In this document: positions 25,208 to 38,007 of the stretch, one piece after another
How the letters are laid out: every line of letters starts with the position of its first letter
Position numbering within the stretch: the first letter of the stretch is position 1
NCBI GenBank assembly: GCA_977017645.1
Contig: OZ360235.1
Location: forward strand, 20,522,001 to 20,586,000
Direction: 5' to 3'
Length of the DNA stretch: 64,000 nt
DNA from: Torpedo marmorata
Lineage: Eukaryota
Position numbers and translations under genes: made by a program
The notes under the pieces: model-generated
What the model was told of the DNA's origin: nothing
Seen by the model: the letters and a program-made list of their open reading frames with translations, nothing else
The model's database searches: none

Positions 25208-28162
25208 ACAGAGACGGCCTACTGTATGTCAGGGACAAGAATTCCGGACGGCGGTTCCTCGTGGACACAGGAGCCGAAATCAGCATTATTCCCCCGACAC
25301 CGTACAAAACCAGGACCCAGTCACAGGGACACGCGCTGCGGGCTGCCAACGGCAGCTCCATTCGGCCCGAGGACGGCATACCTCCGGTTCGGCGACAGCC
25401 ATTTCTCGTGGGAGTTCACGCTCGTAAGCGTCTGGATGCCCATCCTAGGGGCCGACTTCCTCGGCACACAGCTTACTGGTAGACCTGCAGGGTAAGCCGC
25501 TGGTCCACGCATGGACCTTCCAATCCTTTGCCCTGCTAAAATCCCATCACTCCACCCAGCTGAGCTCCGTAGCGCAGCCAGAGGACGATTTCACCCCTTT
25601 CTCGCTGATTTCCCGTCGATTTCCGACCCCAAGTTCACGGCAGAGACGCCCAAGCACGGCGTCAGGCACCACATCACCACCCAGGGCCCACCGCTCCACG
25701 CCCGCACACGCCACTTGCCCCCGGATAAACTCCGACTAGCCAAAGAGGAGTTTAGCAGGATGGAGGCCTTAGAGATAATCAGACGCTCCGATAGTCCCTG
25801 GGCAAGCCCACTGCACATGGTGCCCAAAGCATCTGGCGGGTGGAAGCCATGCGGTGACTACCACAGGCTTAATGAAGCCACCACTCCCGGCCGCTACCCT
25901 GTACCCCTCATTCAGGACTTCGCCGCCAACCTGCACAGGGCGACTATATTCTCAAAGGTTGACCTCATCCAAGGTTATCACCAAATCCCCGTGCTGCCTG
26001 AGGATGTGCCCAAAACAGCCATCATAACACCTTTTGGCCTGTTCGAATTCCTCCGCATGCCATTCGGGCTAAAGAACGTGGCCCAAACCTTCCAACGCTT
26101 AATGGATGCGGTAGGGCGGGATTTGGACTTCCTTTTCATTTACTTGGATGATATACTTATCGCCATATAACCCGCCAGGAGCACATAGCACACCTCCGCC
26201 AGCTGTTCAACCGCCTAAACCAATTCGGCCTTACAGTCAACCTGGCCAAATGCCAGTTCGGCCTCTCCACATTTGACTTCCTGGGCCATAGGATCACACG
26301 CCATGGCGCAACTCCCCTACCCGACAAAGTGGACGCGGTTCGCAAATTCCCCCGGCCGTCCACCGTCAAGGGCCTCCAGGAGTTCGTGGTAATGGTCAAT
26401 TTTTATCACAGATTCCTGCCAGCAGCAGCCCGCATCATGCGTCCATTTTGCACCCTCATGGCTGGCAAAGCCAAAGCGCTGGTTTGGGATGCGGAATCCA
26501 CTGCGGCTTTTAACAAAGCCAAAGAGGCCCTGGCTGATGCCACGATGCTGGTTCACCCCAGAACCGACGTGCCAACCTCCTTCACGGTGGACGCTTCAAA
26601 CACGGCAGTCGGCGGGGTACTGGAGCAGTTTAGTGAAAGCAGCTGGAAACCCTTGGTCTTTTTCAGTAGACATTTACGGCCACCGGAACTTAAATACAGC
26701 GCCTTCGACCAAGAGCTACTAGCACTGTACCTGGCCATACGGCACTTTCGATACTTTCTGGAAGATAGAATATTCACCGCCTTCACTGACCACAAGCCGC
26801 TCACTTTCGTGTTCTCGAAAGTCTCCGACCCCTGGTTGGCCCGCCAACAGCGCCAGTTGTCCTACATATCTGAGTTCATGACACAGATTCAGCATGACTC
26901 AGGAAAGGACAACGCTGTAGCGGACGCACTATCCCGGCCAACTATCCAAGCCTTAGCCCAAGGGATCGACTACACCTCCCTGGCAGAGGCGCAGCAGGCT
27001 GATGAAGAGACACACTGTTTCAGAACCGCGACCACCAAGCTGCAACTACAGGACATCGCCATCGGGACAGGTGAGCAAAATCTCCAATGTGACGTCTCCA
27101 TAGGCCACCCCCGACCCATTGTCCCAGCCGCGTGGCAGAGGCAGGTTTTCGATTCCATTCACGGCTTATCCCACACGTCCATCAGAACTACCGCTAAGCT
27201 GATTTCCAGTAAATTCGTCTGGCACGGTCTCTGCAAGAAAGTCACCGAATGGGCCAAGAACTGCGTGCAGTGCCAGACCTCAAAAGTCCAAAACCACACA
27301 AAGACCCAGCCACAAAAATTTGAGCCAACGACCAGGCGATTTGACCACATACACGTAGACCTGGTCGGCCCCCTACCCGTCTCCAGAGGACCATGGTGGA
27401 CCGTTTCACTCACTGGCTCGAGGCAGTCCCTCTCGTGGACATCACCACCGAAGCCTGTGCCAGAGCCCTTATCACCACGTGGGTCGCACGCTTTGGGGTG
27501 CCAGCTCACATTACCTAAGACAGGGGGGCCCAATTTACAACAGCCCTGTGGACAGCCATGGTCAACATGCTGGGCACACAGCTCCACAAAACGACGGTTT
27601 ACTACCCACAATCCAATGGTTTAGTGGAACGCTTCCACCGCCACCTAAAAGCCGCTCTAATGGCCCGCCTAGACGGTCCGAATTGGGTGGACGAGCTGCC
27701 GTGGGTCCTCCTGGGGATCTGCACAGCGCTTAAAGAAGACCTCAATACCTTGTCGGCAGAATTGGTCTACGGAACCCCCCTGGTGGTACCAGGGGAATTC
27801 CTACCTGCCCCAAGTGGGCAAGGTGCCAGCACAGCAGAGATGCTCAACAGACTCCGCGAGCAACTCGGCAACCTAACACCGATCCCCACGTCGCAACATG
27901 GACAGCGGCCCGAGCGCATCCCCAACAACCTGCGGAGCTGTGAGTATGTGTTCGTCAGAAGGGGACCACACAGGGAACCACTACAACGGCCTTATGAAGG
28001 CCCTTTCCGGGTAGTTAAAAATAACGACTCCACCTTCATATTGGACATTGGGGGTAAAGAAGAATGTTTCACAACAGACAGTTAAAACCAGCACACATGG
28101 ACTTAACTCAACCTATTGAACTACAGGCACCCAGACGCAGGGGCCGGCCTCCCAATCAACAC

Positions 28163-28484
28163 CCGCTCTGGGCAAGTGAACCGGTGCCCGCAATGGCGGC
28201 CGTGCAAGTACACGTGGCAACAGCAGGGGCCGGCGCAAAGATGGCACCGACCCCCCTTCTTCAACCAGGAGAAGAAGGACAGGAGACCCGGGAAAGTTCC
28301 CATTGTAATGTACAGCTCCCATTGTCATGTAGACGACAGCGATTAAGCGGCAGTGGTCATGTAAACGACAGCAATTAAGCTCGCAGCCCTGCTAAAAAGC
28401 CAGGGCTGCGAGATCCGATTAAACAGTCTTGCTTGCAACCCTCCGACTGTGTGTTCTTCAGAATTCTGTGTAGCTCACGCTGCA
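28163..28484 (+). repeat. 3' LTR (5'-truncated by 11 nt)
   Basis: Matches 24117-24453 with about 16 substitutions and 2 indels by eye. Confidence 0.93.
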
Positions 28485-31400
28485 ACACCACAGAAATTGA
28501 AAAGGTTAAAATCATATTTATCAGATCAATGTTTTAGATGTAATCAGGAAATAGGTACTTTTTTGCATTCAACTTGGTCTTGCCCAAGTAAGTCCTTTTT
28601 AGATAGACAAGAACCTTTTTAGAGCAGATTATAGGAACTAAATTTCCACAAGATCCAACGTTGTTTTTATTAGGTAATATTGAGGGGATAAGACCAAAAT
28701 TGAAATTAAATATGTATCAAAAAGAATTTGTAAAAATCACACTTGCAGTAGCAAAAAAATGTATAGCAGTAACCTGGAAATCAGACTCCCATTTGGGTAT
28801 GGAGTGGTGGAATACAGAAATGCATAGCTGTATTCCACTTAAGAAGATTACATAATTTAAGAAGCAAATACGATGTATTTTTGAAAATTTGGTGCCCATA
28901 TTTACAAACTGTAGGAATAAATTTATAGATGTTTCTCCACCTCGAGTACCTCGTTAACCTCCTTGAGAGAATTAGAAAAAAAACCCATAACTAATTAGAA
29001 CTTTGTGGTAGGTAGCGACTTCTTAACATCCAGGTTACTTTATCTTTCTTCATACTTTTCCTTTTATTTCTCTTTTTTCTTTCTTCCTTTCTGGGGTTTT
29101 GGTTTGGGTAGGGGGGGGTGGGGATTTATGCCATCATGTATAAATAAAGTCATAATTTAATACTCTATTATGTATATTATAAATTATACATGTATGGATG
29201 AAAATTTTCTTAAATAAAATATTCAAAAAAAAAGGATGGATGTAACACAACTCAGAGAATCTTCTGGTTGTGGCATTTCCTAGTGCCAACTGCCCTTGTC
29301 CTTTGCTTCCCTTTATATTATAAAATACATTTATTTAGGAAACAGAATGTTAAGGTGAAATATAAAAGAGAAATTCACCTGTATTGACTTAAATAGATAT
29401 TTTCCATTTGTACTTTGTTCATAGTCTACAACATGCTACTTAATGAAAAATTGATTGCTGTCATAAAAAAATCAAGTTATCTACTAATTATTAATATTTA
29501 AATAATTACGGCCAGTTTTGTATCAAGTTCCATTCACAGACAGTCATTTAAATTTTTAAAACTTTGTTGTACTGAAGCTTCGCTTGCTTTTTTTTGCAAT
29601 GTTCCCACAATATCTAGTCGTGTTTCACACTTGCACTAATTTAAACCATGGTACTATTATGTTAAGTTGTTTAGTTTGCTTGGCAGAAATTATTTTCTTG
29701 GCATGCTTCAACCTGCTTTTTATTAAATTTCTATGTGTAAAGCTTTTAACTTTAGTTTAAGTATATAGCCATCAGCAATTACAATTGCTAAAGTATTAAA
29801 GAAGTGAATAGCATCACTGACCAAGATTCAGCAAGTCCCAAGACTGACACCACCAAAATGCTGCATTTCAATGCATTATTTTCTCAGAAGTTTTAAGACA
29901 TGATAGAGCAGCACATTGTAATAAACAGCTAAAAATAGAAACCCAGTCAATTATTAATTCTTCAAATTTTAATTTACAATTTTAATTCAACAAATTTTGC
30001 TGTGAAATTATATAAATTTTGATAATAAAGCTAGTTTACCTGAAAAACTATTCTTACATTTTCTTAAGATTATTCCTTTATGGCTTCGGTGCCTGGAAGC
30101 TTATTCATTCTTTAAATATTGAAAGCACCATTGTATGAATAGCATGTGTATTAATTAAGAAATGCAGCTCATAGTATCAATTGCAGATTTTGTGCGTATC
30201 TTGTTACGTTTCAGCCACATTGTGTATTAATCCCATTATTACCTCTTTTGGTCAATTTTATACCTGTACTGCACAATAATAGAAACATCAAATTCCTTCT
30301 CCAGAATGCAGTCTCCCATCTCCACTGTCAGCCTAAAGTTCTGACTAATCGTTTCAAGACAGAGATACAAGTAGTCACATTGTGGGTTTGTTTGTGTATT
30401 TTCAATTGTAAAGGATTTCAGAATATGGATTTAAGTAGCGCATTCTTAGGGTGGGTTTTTATCTGTACTCTGAAACCCAATCTATCTTGCTTAGTTTCAA
30501 ATAAGAATTCAATATTGTTTCACTTCTCAGTAAAGATAGTTCTAAGTCTAAACATATAGTATTTGTTTATTACAATTTGTACTCATTGGTAGATTTGATT
30601 TTTTTTTTCAAATGTACCAGGTATGTGCTGGAAATTCTATTGCTGTATTACTGACTGAGAACTTGAATATTAACTTGTAAAAAGCTATTTAAATTTGATA
30701 TATTTTCCCTCCAAAATAAGAGAAACAATTAGTTAGGCACATGTAAAAAGGTATTGCATTACAAATAATTTTTTAGTGGTGTTAATTAGATGTTTTGAAC
30801 CACATTCAAAATGTGCATTTCCTGGAAAGGATTACAAAACTGAGAATTCTTCTGTTCCCATACTATACTGAATAATCCAATACCAGGAACAGCGCTATTT
30901 TTTTTGTCAAAGTAAATTTATTTTTGCCAAAGAATTTATTTGTTATTATTCATTGAAGATAAAAACAGAAAATAATAGAAATAATCAGTAGGCTGGTAAG
31001 CATCTATGGAGGGTGAAACAACATTAATGTTTCGTGTTAATAACATTTCTTCAGATTCTGATGACAGATTGTTAACCCAAGATGAAAGTTTTGTTCCCCT
31101 CAACAGATGTTGCATCATGTGTGTATTTCAATTTTTTTCTGTTTTTATTTCCGATTTGTACCATTTGCAATAATTGCTTTAGTTTTTGAGAACACAGGTG
31201 GTTAAGTCATACAAATCACATGCTGTATAAGGAAACACTACACCATTCTCCATTCACTTTAGGTTATTTTTATCCTTAACAAACATTTGTAAATGTTTCC
31301 CCCTCCCACCACCCCAAATTGGTCATTTCATTATATCGGGAGTTGCATCTATTTAACCTCATACCATGTCAAGTAAATGAAATATTTTTGCCTTCTGTAT

Positions 31401-33035
31401 GCATTTATTCAATAGATTTTACTGCATTCTGAAAGGATAAAAACACACCCAAGAATATCTGCTTAAAAGAAAGGATTTGGGATATTTTGTTCACCACCTT
31501 AAATTTCTGCATGTGTTTGTTGAAATGTGATTTTTGCAGTTTACCTAATTCTTATTGATTGAAAAATCAGATTTGTGCATTTGAATTGTGCATTAAAAGC
31601 TTTGCATTTGACATCCGTTTTCCATAAACCCCCCGCAATGACTTTCGTCATACAGCAAGCAACAGCAGGAAAGATCTAACATTGAAAGACTTACAAAATT
31701 GATTTTTAGATACAGACAATATGAAGACTGAGTTTTGTATATCATAACATAGTTAAGTCAACTGAACAAAGATGGTGAATGAAGGTGAATTAGTGCAAAT
31801 AAGGTTAACTGCAAAAGTTTTAGCTATGTTCTATTTACCTTCAGTGTAGTGTAGCAGAGAAAGACTTTTCACTGCAGAGGCCCTGGGTGCATCCTTTACA
31901 ATTGGAAGAAATTTGACTGGGAGTATATGCTGCACAACTTTATTGGCAATTCTCGAGTATTGTGAGGGCTAAATTGGCTGTTGGCTGTTTCATAAGGATA
32001 AAATTTTTATTCTAGTTAGAAGGGATGTGGCAAATGTCTTCTAAGTCACATAATGCATTGGCTGTTAAGTAATTGAGAATTTAATTGCAGGTAGAAAAGT
32101 ACAGGCTAGTTTTAGCCTCCAGTGCTATGATTGCTTTTCACTTATCCAATACCATTCTACATTTGGTATGTGATGTGTGCTAGGTGCAATACTTGTATTC
32201 CTTTATTTACTAGTGGATCTCCCTGGTTGCCTTGTACTGGGTTTTTGGAGCTTGCCTGAAGTAAATCATATGGTGCCACTTTAAAACTATACTCAAGATT
32301 CTGGGTGATTTATAACATTTTGGAGTATTGTGACTTCATACTTAAAAAAAAAAAGAAACATTTATATTCTGTGGTTGCTTAGGAAGACAATTTGAAGAAC
32401 TTTTATTCAGGGATGGCTCTGATGGCAGGAGTAAGGTTGCTGTAGCTCTGAAAATAAATTAGTCCTTTCTACAATTAGTTGTTTTTTGTTGACAAATTCT
32501 GATTGCCACTTATTGTTAAAATTGTAACAAGTTGCCGTTACTTTTTCAATTTTTGGGGACCATTCAATGAGTAAGTGAACAGGTGAATCAACGTGATGAT
32601 TCATTCTAACCTAATTGATCAGATTATGTTGGAAGCAAAAAAAAAGTAAAATTTCTTGCAGTCTTTTGAAGTCTGCCAATATTTCTTTCATTGGCATGGA
32701 TTCATCTATATTAAATCCCTAAAGGCAGGGTGGGTTTTTGCACTGTTGCTTTACATCAGTATTTGAACCACTTTAACAATTGGGTAAGTTGCATTGACTT
32801 TAGAAAAGTCATTTGCTCAGAGATTATTTGCACTGATTTTTTTTTTTGGCATTTGAAAGGATTTGGAGAAGGAACCATTTCTTTGAGAAATTAAGGACTA
32901 TATGAACTTATTACGATCAGTACAATGATGTTAATAATCCATAGCATTTAATAGTAGGAAATTAAACTTTCATTTATACTACTACTGTTCCATAATAAAA
33001 TTTGAAGCTAACATAGCTTTGTTTGCATGATGTAG

Positions 33036-33160
33036 TTGGGATGGTGACAAAACCAGCAAATGAACAGTCCCAGGACTTCTCAATCCATAATGAAGATTTT
33101 CCTGCACTTCCTGGTTCAAATTATAAGGATCCAACTTCAAGTAACGATGACAGTAAATCT
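33036..33160 (+). CDS. CNOT2: CNOT2 coding exon (VGMVTKPANEQSQDFSIHNEDFPALPGSNYKDPTSSNDDSKS)
   Basis: tag|TT...TCT|gtaagt; 125 nt, phase 1 to 0. The peptide matches vertebrate CNOT2 as I recall it. Confidence 0.96.
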
Positions 33161-33519
33161 GTAAGTCTTCATGAAAACTTTTATCTTTAATGTGTTTAAA
33201 ACTTTTAAAGTTAAAGTATTTAATAATATTAGTATTAACACTTAAATTCAAAGCTGTAAAGAAACTAATTAACAGTAAAACTACTTGGCATTGAAACATT
33301 GCAAAGAAAAACATTTTACTTCAGAAATACAAGTTCTTACATGAACATACAAATTAGACACAAGAGTGGGCTCCATATTTCATCTACCATTTAATATTTT
33401 CTTTCTAAATTTGATACACAGTGTAAAATATGCTCTCCACACGATAGTCTGCAGCAGCTCACCATAGTGTCTTTAATGCAGTTCCCAAGCCTACCACCTC
33501 CACCACCAAGAAGGGTTAA

Positions 33520-34190
33520 AGACCATAAGATATAGGAGCATAAGTAGGCCATTTGGCCCGTCGAGTCCGCTCAGCAATTCCATCAGAGCTGATCCATTCT
33601 CCCACTCAGCCCCACTCCCCTGCCTTCTCCCCATAACCTTTGATACCCTGATTTTCAGATAGCTATCAATCTCTGCCTTAAATACACCCAACAACCTGGC
33701 CACCACAGCTGTCCGTGGCAGCAAATTCCAGAGGTTCACCACTCTCTGACTAAAGAAATTCCTCCACATCTCTGTTTTAAATGGGCGCCCTTCAATCCTG
33801 AAGTGTGCCCTCTTGTCCTAAATTCCCCTACCATGGGAAGCAACTTTGCCGCATCTACTCTGTCCAGGCCTTTAAACATTTGAAATGCTTCCATGAGGTC
33901 CCCCTCATTCTTCTGAACTTCAAGGAGTACAGTCCAAGAGCTGTCAAATGTTCCTCATATGCTAATCCCTTCATTCGAGGAATCATTCTTGTAAATCTTC
34001 TCTGAACCCTCCCCAATACCAGCACATCCTTCCAGGAGCCCAAAATTGTACACTGTACTCCAAGTAAGACCTCACCAGTGCCTTATAAAGCCTCCACATC
34101 CCTGCTCTTGTATCCTATTCTTCTAGATATGTATGCCAACATTGTATTCGCCTTCTTCATCACTGACTTAACCTGGAGGTTAACCTATTG
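33520..34190 (-). mobile_element. CR1 LINE 3' fragment
   Basis: Minus-strand ORFs: LGRVQRRFTRMIP..LGLYSL and RNFFSQRVVNLWNLLP, the typical CR1 ORF2 C-terminus. Confidence 0.88.
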
Positions 34191-34827
34191 CGTATCCTTA
34201 CACTTACACTTTCAAATATTGTATTTCATTTGCCACTTGTTTGCCACTTTTAAAGAGACCAGCGCATTTGAACACTGTCAGCTCATGATCTCTACCACAT
34301 GCATCATTGTGGTTTTGGGTCTCATCACCATTCCTTCATTGTTGTTTTTTTTAAATATTTTATTTAAAATTTTTAAATCACAAAATACATAAGGTAAAAT
34401 ATAAAATTATCAAAATACATGTGATACATTTTCACCCTCCCTCCCCTCCCTAACCCTCCCATCCCTTCCAATAAAATAAAAAGAAAGAAAAAAGAAAGAA
34501 AGAAACAAAAAGATAGAATAAGGAGAATGTCAATCTAAAAAATACATCTATAACTAATTTTATTATGGAGGATAGGTTCACCAGTCAGATCCGATGTCCA
34601 GAGATCTTCAAATTCTTAAACCAACAACCTTCATATATGGGCTCCATATTTTCAAAAAGAAATGATAATTATTACGTAAATTATAAGTAATTTTTTCAAG
34701 TGGTATACATGAACGAAGTTCTGCATGCCATCTTTCTAACCCTAAATCTATGTCAGATTTCCAAGTAATAGCAATACATTTCTTAGATACCGCTAAAGCA
34801 ATTCGCAGAAATTCTATTTGACACATA

Positions 34828-35836
34828 CCATATGTTTCGGCGTATAAGTCGACCCTTGAAACCCTCAAAAATGTCTCAAAAAACGGGGGTCAACTTATAC
34901 GCCGGATATACTTTTGAGACCTTAAAATCAGCTCAAAATCCAGTTCACGCCGATTCGGCGTATAAGTCGACCCATGAAAAACCGATTCGGCGTATAGGTC
35001 GACGCTGGAAGCACCTCCCCACCGGCGGCGCCGCCGCTCCCCGACACCTCCCCACCGCCGGGCGCCGCCATAAACCACCCAGACATTCTACAATTGTAGA
35101 GCCCAAGGTCCCCGCTCCTACCCGGGAGAACGAGCTCCCCGCTCCTGCTCAGGAGCCTGAGCTCCCGCTCCTGCCCGGGAGAACGAGCTCCTCGCTCCTG
35201 CTCGGGAGAAAGACGTCCCCGCTCCTGCTCTGGAGAACGAGCTCCTCGCTCCTGCTCGGGAGAAAGACGTCCCCGCTCCTGCTCGGGAGAACGAGCTCCC
35301 CGCTACTGCTCGGGAGAACGAGCTCCCCGCTCCTGCTCGGGAGAACGAGCTCCCCGCTCCTGCTCGGGAGAACGAGCTCCCCGCTCCTGCTCGGGAGAAC
35401 GAGCTCCCCGCTCCTGCTCGGGAGAACGAGCTCCCCGCTCCTGCTCGGGAGAACGAGCTCCCCGCTCCTGCTCGGGAGAACGAGCTCCCCGCTCCTGCTC
35501 GGGAGAACGAGCTCCCCGCTCCTGCCCGGGAGAAAGACCTCCCCGCTCCTGCCCGGGAGAAAGACCTCCCCGCTCCTGCTCGGGAGAAAGACGTCGCCGC
35601 ACCTGCTCAGGAGAAAGACGTCGCCGCACCTGCATCTTCCCGGCCAGAAGCAAAGGTTTTTTTACTGTTTTTTTTACTTACTTGCTTAACAAATTTTGGG
35701 TTGTTGCTGGGAGGCCCGGACAGCCTGAAAATTGGGGGTCGACTTATACGCCGGATATACCATAAAACCATTAAAATGAGGCTGAAAAAGGGGGGTTGAC
35801 TTATCTGCCGGTCGACTTATACGCCGAAATATACGG
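34828..35836. mobile_element. Non-autonomous Tc1/mariner (Tc2/pogo-like) element
   Basis: ~27-bp TIRs CC(A/G)TAT(G/A)TTTCGGCGTATAAGTCGACC and TA duplication at 34826-27 and 35837-38. Removing it restores the L1 frame KIKLNMCQIEFL. Confidence 0.9.
35110..35632. repeat. GC-rich 27-bp minisatellite, about 19 copies
   Basis: Unit gagctccccgctcctgctcgggagaac; translates as (RTSSPLLLG)n on + and (ARSPEQERG)n on -. Confidence 0.95.
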
Positions 35837-38007
35837 TATTTAATTTTATCTTAATACTAACTCTTTTAATATCGCCAAACAGAAATATCATAGGGTCCAT
35901 TGGGAATGTAATTTTTAATACTTTATCTAAAAAAATTTTAACTTTCAACCAAAAATCATAAACTTTTGGACAGAACCATGTAGAATGTACAAAATAACTT
36001 TCCTCTCTATTACATCTAAAACATAAGTCTGATAATGTCGCGTTAAATTTCTTTAACTTTTTAGGTGTTAAATATAATTGATGAAAAAAGTTATATTGAA
36101 CTAATCTATATCTAACATTAATAATCTTCGTCATACTTAGTTTACATAATTCTTTCCAATGATCTTCATCTATTGTTACATTCAAATCTAATTCCCACTT
36201 TAATCTTGATTTATGAATTCCTACTTTAGGAATTTTTCTCTGGAACAATCTATACATTTGAGAAATAAACTTATTTACATCTCCATTAGTAACTAATAAT
36301 TCTAATTCACTCTGTCTTGGTAAAGTCAAACTATAGCCTAATTTCCCAACCAAAAATGCTCTAATTTGATAATAAGCAAAAAGTGTATTATCCAATATAT
36401 TAAATTTATCTTTCATTCTTTGAAAAGTGATAAATTTACCAGCTTCAAAACAATCATTTATTTTCTTAATTCCTTTTTGAAACCAAATTTTAAATAATTG
36501 ATTATTAACAGTAAATGGAATAAGTTCATTTTGATATAGAGGCATTTTTGGAGAAATCAACCCTTTTCCTCCTATTTCGTTATCCACTCTATTCCATATT
36601 TCTAGCAAATGTTTAAAAATAGGAGAATTCTTCCTTCTTGTTAATATTAATTTAGAATTCCATTTATAAATAACTTCTTTGGAATCTTCTCCTATATTAT
36701 TTAATTCTATTCTGATCCAAGCGGAAGACTTAGTTAAATCAAAAAGTTCATTAACAAATTTTAGTTGAGCTGCTTTATAATAATTTTGAAAATTAGGAAG
36801 TTGTAAACCACCCATTTCATAATTCCAAGTTAATTTCTCTATACCTACTCTAGCCAACTTTCCTTTCCACAAAAACTTCTAATAATTAAGTTTAAATCTT
36901 TAAAAAAATTTTGAGGAATTTCATAAGGAATTGATTGAAAGAGATATTGAATTCTTGGAAAAACATTCATTTTAATGCAATTTACCCTTCCCATTAAAGT
37001 TATAGGTAAATCCTTCCAACTCTCTAAATCTTTTTTAATTTTCATAAATAATGGTAAATAATTTAATTTATACAAATTAACTAATTTTGTATCAATCTTT
37101 ATTCCCAAATATTTAATTCCTTCTTTTGCCCATTTAAATTGTGTAACTTCTTTACATTTACTATAATCCCCTTGCGTTAATGCCATAATTTCACTTTTAT
37201 CAGAATTAATCTTATAACCAGATATTTCCCCGTATTCTCTCAATATAGCAGTCAATTGTATTAAAGAAGTAATAGGTTTTGTCATATATATCAATACATC
37301 GTCTGCAAATAAACTAATTTTATGCTCTTCCCTTCCAACTTTAATACCTACAATCTTAACATCTTGTCTAATTAATTCTGCCATAGGTTCTATCGCTAAA
37401 GGAAACAATGCTGGTGACAAAGGACATCCTTGTCTAGTTGACCTAGTCAGAGGGAATCTTGAAGAAATTTGTCCATTTGTAACCACTTTAGCAGATGGTT
37501 CTTTATATATAGTTTTAATCCAGTTAATAAGTGTAATTCCAAAACCAAATTTCTCTAATACCTTAAATAAAAAATTCCACTCTAATCGATCAAAAGCCTT
37601 TTCAGCATCTAACGTTAATACCATTCCTTCATTGTCTGATAATTAAAAACACGCAACATATTACTTAATGCTATGGGAGTTCCTTCACTGGATCACTTTC
37701 AGTGGAGTTCCCTCACTGTATGGACTGGCAGTTCAACAAATTTACTCACCATCATCCTCTGTGGAGCTTGATGTTTAGAACAAATGCTGACTTTGCCAGT
37801 AACATCTATATTACAAGAATGAATTTTAAAATAATTTGAAAATCATTATCAGGGATATTACATATAGGCAGTTTTATATACTCTTAGCTGACTTTATGTT
37901 GAAGATATTGGAAATTGAATCCTATGTAAATATGCAAATATCATTTTAGATTTGCAATTTTTTACAGTGCTGCTTATTCAGTCAATTTCTACCATTTTTA
38001 TTTACAG

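Larger units (their letters stand above)
24106..28484 (+). mobile_element. Near full-length Ty3/Gypsy LTR retrotransposon (gag-pro-RT-RH-IN, decayed)
   Basis: Two LTRs; 4-bp TSD ACAC (24102-24105, 28485-28488); PBS TGGTGACCCCGAC; gag from ATG 24493 (VKLPTFW.., C-terminal Cys/His knuckle); protease FLVDTGA; RT YLDD; RNase H; integrase (HVDLVGPLP, NGLVERFHR). Confidence 0.97.
23542..29231 (+). mobile_element. 5'-truncated L1-clade LINE (ORF2 C-terminus, 3' UTR, polyA), split by the Gypsy insertion
   Basis: ORF2-like peptides (LLKHLINIWNKI, RYRLVQYNFLHQLY, AKKCIAVTWK); AATAAA and A-tail near 29213-29231; TSD AAGGATGGA at 23533-23541 and 29232-29240. Confidence 0.9.
34343..37619 (-). mobile_element. 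5'-truncated L1-clade LINE (RT plus C-terminus), interrupted by a Tc2 MITE
   Basis: ORF 36845-37624 (LDAEKAFDR, RQGCPLSP, FADD) and ORF 35817-36872; T-tail near 34345; 16-bp TSD ACCATTCCTTCATTGT at 34327-34342 and 37620-37635. Confidence 0.95.

Noticed and set aside
35110-35632. Tandem arrays (also 14600-14890) as CRISPR
   Set aside because: Head-to-tail repeats with no unique spacers, no cas genes, and a vertebrate context.
34832-35689. 285-aa ORF (RTSSPLLLG repeats) as a real gene
   Set aside because: It lies wholly within a MITE and stays open only because the 27-bp unit has no stop codon.
36860-36880. Programmed frameshift between the two L1 ORF2 pieces
   Set aside because: It is a single-base loss in a T homopolymer (SFLWKGK), i.e. 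ordinary decay or a sequencing error.
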